Source of the DNA: Octopus sinensis
Taxonomy: Eukaryota
Direction: 5' to 3'
Assembly: GCF_006345805.1 (NCBI RefSeq)
Contig: NW_021834122.1
Coordinates: 1 to 26,798, forward strand
DNA: 26,798 nucleotides
A program made the translations under genes and the position numbers. Positions within the stretch are counted from its first letter, which is position 1; each line of letters opens with the position of its first letter. Positions 21,195 to 26,798 of this stretch are shown piece by piece. Below the pieces are notes generated by a model that saw nothing but the letters and a program-made list of their open reading frames with translations, made no database searches and was not told where the DNA came from.

Positions 21195-21526
21195 AGAGAG
21201 GAGCAAAAAAAAAGATAGCAATAATAATTGAAGACGAAGAATATCGAAACTGACATATCACGAGAATTCTGATGGAAACTAAAAATAAAAAACCTGTTCT
21301 CGTTGTAGAAGCTAGCTAACTCATTTGACGTTAATATGATAGCCATAGCGTAGGAATTTACCGAAGAATAAAGAAGTAATTATTTACGTTTAACTGATGA
21401 AAGGTTTACAAACGCAGAACTCAAAATATATTTGACGCTTTTTGGCAATTATCACTGCAGCAAGAGAAGAGAGAGAAGAGAGAGTGTGTGTGTGTGTACG
21501 TACGAGTGTAGAAATATTTCATTATT

Positions 21527-22099
21527 GGCGAGCTAGTAGAATCGTTAGCACACCGGGCGAAATGCTGTGTTTCGAGTTCAAATTCCGCTGAGGTCGACTT
21601 TGTCTTTCATCCTTTCCGGGTGAATGAAATAAGTACCAGTTGATCACTGGGCTCGATGTAATCCGTTGGACCCCTCTCCCCATAAAATTCAGGCCTTGCC
21701 CCTATAGTGAAAAGAATTCTCCACATTCTGAGTTCAAATTCCGCCGAGGTCGACTTTTCGAGGACGACACAAAGTTCCAGTCAAGTACTGAGGACGATGT
21801 GATCTACTTAGACCCAACCCACAGATTTCAGGCTTTGTGCCTATTGTAGAAAGGACTATTATTATTATTACGATACCTAAGACGGCGAGCTGGCAAAATC
21901 ATCAGGACACCGGGCAAGATGTTTGCAAGACGGCATTGAGGTCGACTTTGCCTTTCATCCTTTCGGGGTCGACAAAGCAAGTACCAGTTGAACACTGGGG
22001 TCGATGTAATCGACTCATCCCCTCCTCCAAAATGGCTACCCTTGTGGAAAAATTTGAAATTTGAAATTTGAAATTATTATTATTATTATTATTATTATT
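21527..22099 (+). mobile_element. Head-to-tail array of three SINE B units
   Basis: Units start at about 21527, 21722 and 21879, each with gagttcaaattccg and/or gaggtcgacttt. The last two end in (att)n tails. Confidence 0.85.
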
Positions 22100-22214
22100 C
22101 GGTAGAAAATAGAAATCGACTCAAGATCTGTGAGTTTCGTGCATTGCATCTATTAAACTCACTTCAACTTTGCTTCCAAAATTCGAAGATGCTTTAATAA
22201 GTGACAAGCAAGAA

Positions 22215-22225
22215 ACACACACACT

Positions 22226-22272
<47 letters not shown>

Positions 22273-22281
22273 CACACACAC
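22215..22281. repeat. (CA)/(CT)n microsatellite
   Basis: Directly visible. Confidence 0.95.
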
Positions 22282-22595
22282 ATGCATTAAATAAATAATG
22301 TATAACGCTAATATAATTTTTTTTTTCAATTTCTTTAATTCGCGATAGTTACTTAGAGGCTAATGAACGACTGAAGATAAAGAGAAATTTCTTTAACTTT
22401 TACAGATTAGTTTCTTGGTGAAGAAGGGGATCCAGATTGGGATCCAGATTGCTATGATTACAGGATCAAAGATTAAGGAAACCGATTCCTAACATTTCTT
22501 CTGGCGGGAAAACCCATGATTATCGCAAAGTGGTACTATGGCGACGAAACGTCAAGTTTAAAATTCAGTTTTGGAAGTGGGTGAGGATGAAATTT

Positions 22596-23102
22596 TGGCG
22601 GAATTTTTTTATGCTCGGCATCTAACCCTTTTTTGTTTTTAAGATTTTTCAGAACTTTTTTTTTTTTTTGTGAAGTTGTATTCTACACACGGGAATTTAA
22701 ACGGTTATGCAAAAACCAAAAGAAAAAATTTTGCTGCGTAATTTAGCTTTTATTTTTAGCAGATCTCATGACCATCTGATATTGTCCTTGTCTGTTTGTC
22801 ACTCTGACGTATTGATGTTTTACAGACTTTCTCCGGAAATGGTCTATTGCTTGGATTTAGGCCCAAAATTCGGATTGTTAGTATTTTAAACTGATTTTAA
22901 AAATTTGAGAAATCAATCAAAATATTCTTTTTAAAAAGTTTCGAAAACATCAAAAAACTCCGAAAACGATTTTTTTCCCCCCATAGTCCTGTGAATTCAT
23001 GTGTGCAGAATACTAATTCGCAAAAATTTTCTGAAAATTTCCAAGATAAAAAAAGAAAAGTTATGAGGGGTTATATGCCGTGCGTAAAGTAAAATTCCGC
23101 CA
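22596..23102. mobile_element. Foldback/MITE-like element with imperfect terminal inverted repeats of about 115 bp
   Basis: 22596 tggcggaatttt..cggcatctaaccc pairs with 23068-23102 gggttatatgccg..aaaattccgcca, and ttttcagaa..gtattctacacac pairs with gtgtgcagaatac..ttctgaaaa. Superfamily unassigned. Confidence 0.6.
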
Positions 23103-23469
23103 TCTTTAAAAGAACGGAAGAAAAAAATAAACGGTGTAAAACCCGAATTTTGGAAAATGGACGAGGTATGGATTTGGGGAATTAGAGTAGCTTAAGAGAA
23201 AGATACTCAGAGAATTCGCAATTAAGGTAGTTTTCTTTGGTTTTATATCAATATTTTCTTTACACAAAATGTCTGAGAAAGACGATTCAGTCAAACGATT
23301 TGGGTCAATACAGAAAAGTATCGCACAATGAAGACAACTGGAAGCGCATTATCACCAGCGGCCTACATCAGCATCTGCTGGTCTTATCGATACTGATTAT
23401 ATATCAAACGGAGAGATTGTATTAACATATATATTACATAGTCATTTATATCTACATCTGTGCGTGTGT

Positions 23470-23487
23470 GTCTCTCTCACACACACA

Positions 23488-23530
<43 letters not shown>

Positions 23531-23720
23531 CAAATCTTGGAAGCGCCGTATGGATTTGGTATTTTGCAGACAAGAAAATAAATCTTGAACGCAATAAAGC
23601 CGTAGGAACAACAGAGAAAGACAAATATAGACAGAATAAATATAGACACGTATAAATATAGATATATATTTAGATAGATATACAGATAGATATAAATACA
23701 GAGAGACAGATATAGATACG
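23470..23720. repeat. (TA)n and degenerate (GATA/TAGA)n tracts
   Basis: Directly visible. Confidence 0.8.
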
Positions 23721-23899
23721 TACTCACAAACGATAGCGGCTTCCCTCTCTTAACGCAGCCAATGGCCCAAAGACGATATCGTGATCCCCAATTAGAAGAG
23801 GATCAGATTATCTGTAAAAGAGCTGCTATAAACCCATTTTGGCTGCTACCATTTGTTATTAGAGACACTGTGCGTAAAATGCGTATAATAAATACGCTA

Positions 23900-24410
23900 A
23901 CATACATACATACATACAATACATACATACATACATACAATACACACATACATACATACATACACACATACATACATACAATACACACATACATACATAC
24001 AATACACACATACATACATACAATACACAATACATACATACATACATACATACAATACAACCTACATACATACATACATACATACATACAATACTACATA
24101 CATACATACATACATACATACATAACATACACCACACTACATACATACATACATCACAACAACACAAACATACCATACATACATACATACATACATACAT
24201 ACATACATACATACATACATACATACATACATACATACATACATACTACATACACACATACATACACATACAACACATACACACACCATACTTACAGACA
24301 TACATACAATACACACACACATACATACACATACATACCACACCACACACATAAACATACCATACATACACATCAATAACACACACACACCTACACACAA
24401 CATACACACA
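23900..24410. repeat. Degenerate (TACA)n/(CA)n satellite-like tract of about 500 bp
   Basis: Directly visible; source of the HTYI and MYVC ORFs. Confidence 0.95.
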
Positions 24411-24763
24411 CACAGCATCTTATACAAAATTATACATGCTTCTATTCTCGTTTTATGTTTCTCCTTTTCTGTTTCAGTGATAATGTTATACGTTACATGT
24501 ACGTGTGTGTATGTGTGTGTGTATGCGCGCGCGTGTGTCTGTCTGTCCGTATGTCTGCGTAATTGCTTGCTTGTCTGTGTGTCAAATACCTCGAAATGTT
24601 TGTGTAATATTAGATTCATTTATAAAGTTCCAGAATTATTTCCTTCGTGCACTCGCGTAGATTACTTGTTTGGATACGCATTCTTGGTGTATTATTAGAA
24701 ATATAAACATCCATAGTTTCATACACACACACACACACACACAGTGTATCTATCCATCCATAA

Positions 24764-25115
24764 GGATATGCGCAGGCTCAGTGATTAGAGCGTCGGCATC
24801 ACAATCATGAGATAGTGAATTCGATTCCCGGACCGGGTTACGTGTTGTGTTCTTGAGCAAGACACTTTATTTCACGTTACTCCAGTTCACTCAGCTGTAG
24901 AAATGAGTTGCAACGTCACTGGTGCCAAGCTGTATACCAGTCTTTGCCTTTCCCTTGGACAACATCGGTGGCATGGAGAGAGGAGGCTGGTATGCGTGGG
25001 CAACCAACTGCTGGTCTTCCGTAAACAACCTTGCTTGGACTTGTGCCTCGGAGGGAAACTTTCCAGGTGCAATCCCACGGTCCCTCATGACCGAAGGGGG
25101 TCTTTACCCTTCTTT
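24764..25115 (+). mobile_element. SINE family D, full length
   Basis: tRNA-like head (ggctcagtgattagagcg..ttcgattcccggacc), central tgttcttgagcaagacactt..ttcactcagctgtagaaatgagt block resembling the conserved central domains of metazoan SINE superfamilies, and a unique tail. Confidence 0.85.
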
Positions 25116-25204
25116 ATATGGACCTGCATATATATATATATATATTATATATATATCTATATATATATACATATATATTATATATATTACTTGTTTCAGT
25201 AATT

Positions 25205-25408
25205 GTATGATACCATGATAGATCGTTAGCTCCTACACGCATTTTTTCTCTCCTTGTTTTTTTTTTTCTGTGTATCTTTCTGTTGAAGAGCATAGGCTCG
25301 AAACGAAAAGACTTGTTCTATTTCTATTCCTGAGCGCCATACTAATACATTTGCTTGTTTGTACTCCACCTGCCTTCGTCTTTTGTTTATTTTCGTAAAC
25401 CTTCCCGT
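25205..25408 (+). mobile_element. TA-flanked Penelope-like pLTR/retrozyme-like element
   Basis: About 200 bp between two (TA)n tracts, carrying a hammerhead-like core. The association of minimal hammerheads with Penelope pLTRs is established knowledge; the family assignment is inference. Confidence 0.55.
25274..25312 (+). ncRNA. Degenerate minimal type I hammerhead ribozyme
   Basis: atcttt-CTGtTGA-a-GAGC-atag-GCTC-GAAA-cg-a-aaagac. Stem II is perfect and stem I is tcttt/aaaga. A6 is changed to U and U16.1 is missing, so this copy is probably inactive. Confidence 0.45.
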
Positions 25409-25936
25409 TATATATATATATATATATACATAAGTTAGCTGAGTTACAGGTTAAAATAACCGTCCAAGGGATAGAAGTATCCGTTACACTACTGGAATAT
25501 TACCTATATTTTACCATGGACATACAGATGCAAACGTATGTTCAGATTATAGTGATTCGATAGTGGTTCAAACCCCTCTTAAAACACAGGGTTCCTCTGA
25601 CCCAGAGTTGTAACGCCTGTCAGGGTTTCATCAATGGATTATCTAGTATGTAAACAGAGGTCCAACTGCGAATATGGGTAGAGACCACAGTAACCACCCA
25701 GGCCAAGGGTTGCGTGGAAATCATGGAATGTAGCATGGGGAATTTACTGGGTCAAAGACGAATATCACCCGATGCTGGGCGGATGAACAGACAATGGCCT
25801 GTCGACGGGCAGAATCAGCCAGGTCAGTAAGCGAACTATTCTTACAAATATGTACTCGTGGCGGTGCACAGATGAAACATTCAGTTATCGATAGATCAAT
25901 ATCACTTATTGGTCCGGACGAATAGCCGGACCGAAT

Positions 25937-26353
25937 GATGAGGGTGGTAATGATGATGCTGATCATGACGCTGATGAGGATGATGACGACGATGATGATG
26001 ACAATGATATTTTTCATGACAATAATGATGATGTTCAACATGATGATGTTGATCATGATGCTGATGAGGATGATGACGACGCTGATGAGGATGATGACGA
26101 CGATGATGATAATGATATTTTTGATGACAATAATGATGATGTTCAACATGATGATGTTGATCATGATGCTGATGAGGATGATGACGACGATGATGATAAT
26201 GATATTTTTGATGACAATAATGATGATGTTCAACATGATGATGTTGATCATGATGCTGATGAGGATGATGACGATTTTGATAATGTTGTTGATGACAATA
26301 ATGATGATGATGTTCTACATGACGATGATGTTGAAGATGACGACGACGATGAT
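25937..26353 (+). repeat. GAT-derived minisatellite, 87-bp unit, about 4.5 copies (periods 90, 108, 87 bp)
   Basis: gatcatga anchors at 25961, 26051, 26159 and 26246. The unit encodes DHDADEDDDDDDDNDIFDDNNDDVQHDDV in one frame. Confidence 0.95.
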
Positions 26354-26798
26354 AGCCAAAGCTATACCTAAACACGCAGTCAATACTAGCAGAGGCATTA
26401 CAATTTTACTTAATTTCAAAATATGTTTGTACCTTGGGATTTTGCTCATGAGCGTGCAATACATAACCAAGAGAGTTTCCAATTTCTTTCTTACTTCCAG
26501 GCTGATGAAAAGTCTGGACTTACGTCTATAAAGAAACCACGTTTGCAGAAACGCAATGTGTTCCTGTCTCGACAAAGACTAAATATACTGTATTTACGTA
26601 TACACGCATCAAAAATTACCATAATTCAATTAGTCTACGAATTATATATTATTTTATACACTAAACCCAGTTTACTGTGCTCTATTGAGAATTTCTTAAA
26701 CGAAGAGGCATTCCTCATCTATCTAAGACGTGCATGCGTGTGCGTACTTTTGTCTTATGGCAAATTGGCAAAAGCTTGAGAAAATCATTAACCAACAA

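Noticed and set aside
25698-25795. GQGLR/KSW..DN resembling mononegaviral L-protein motifs B and C (EGLRQKxW..GDN)
   Set aside because: It needs a frameshift, has a stop before DN, the spacing is about 4 residues short and no motif A lies upstream.
26502-26526. CTGATGA-a-aagt-ctgg-actt-acgtc, hammerhead-like
   Set aside because: It lacks the GAA after stem II and has no stem I pairing.
25935-26531. 198-aa Met-rich ORF (reflectin-like composition) and the antisense His-rich and Ile-rich ORFs
   Set aside because: These are alternative frames of the GAT-derived repeat; they lack the reflectin M/FD(X)5MD(X)5MD motif and the Tyr/Arg richness.

Overview
AT-rich eukaryotic non-coding DNA, heavily loaded with microsatellites and SINEs. 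It is most likely a coleoid cephalopod (Octopus-like) intronic or intergenic region; the taxon is inferred from the repeat types and not verified. I cannot support any intact protein-coding gene, genuine tRNA/rRNA gene or CRISPR array, and most listed ORFs are microsatellite artefacts. The window is built from four tRNA-headed SINE families, which I label A to D. A is bipartite with an internal TA/TG microsatellite, B is short with an ATT tail and occurs in three same-orientation arrays, and C and D are longer. It also holds two related non-autonomous Helitrons, a mariner MITE, a piggyBac-like MITE dimer, a long-TIR foldback element, and Penelope-like terminal-repeat fragments, one with a degenerate minimal hammerhead ribozyme. 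The most interesting signals are the hammerhead relic (25274-25312), a GTCGA-N5-TCGAC hairpin shared by SINE families A and B, two closely spaced inverted pairs of SINE A (potential dsRNA/ADAR substrates), fold-back palindromes centred on (TA)n tracts, a possible decayed PHD/RRM LINE ORF1, and a start-less Asp-rich open frame made of an 87-bp GAT-derived repeat inside unique sequence. None of these amounts to demonstrated new biology from sequence alone.
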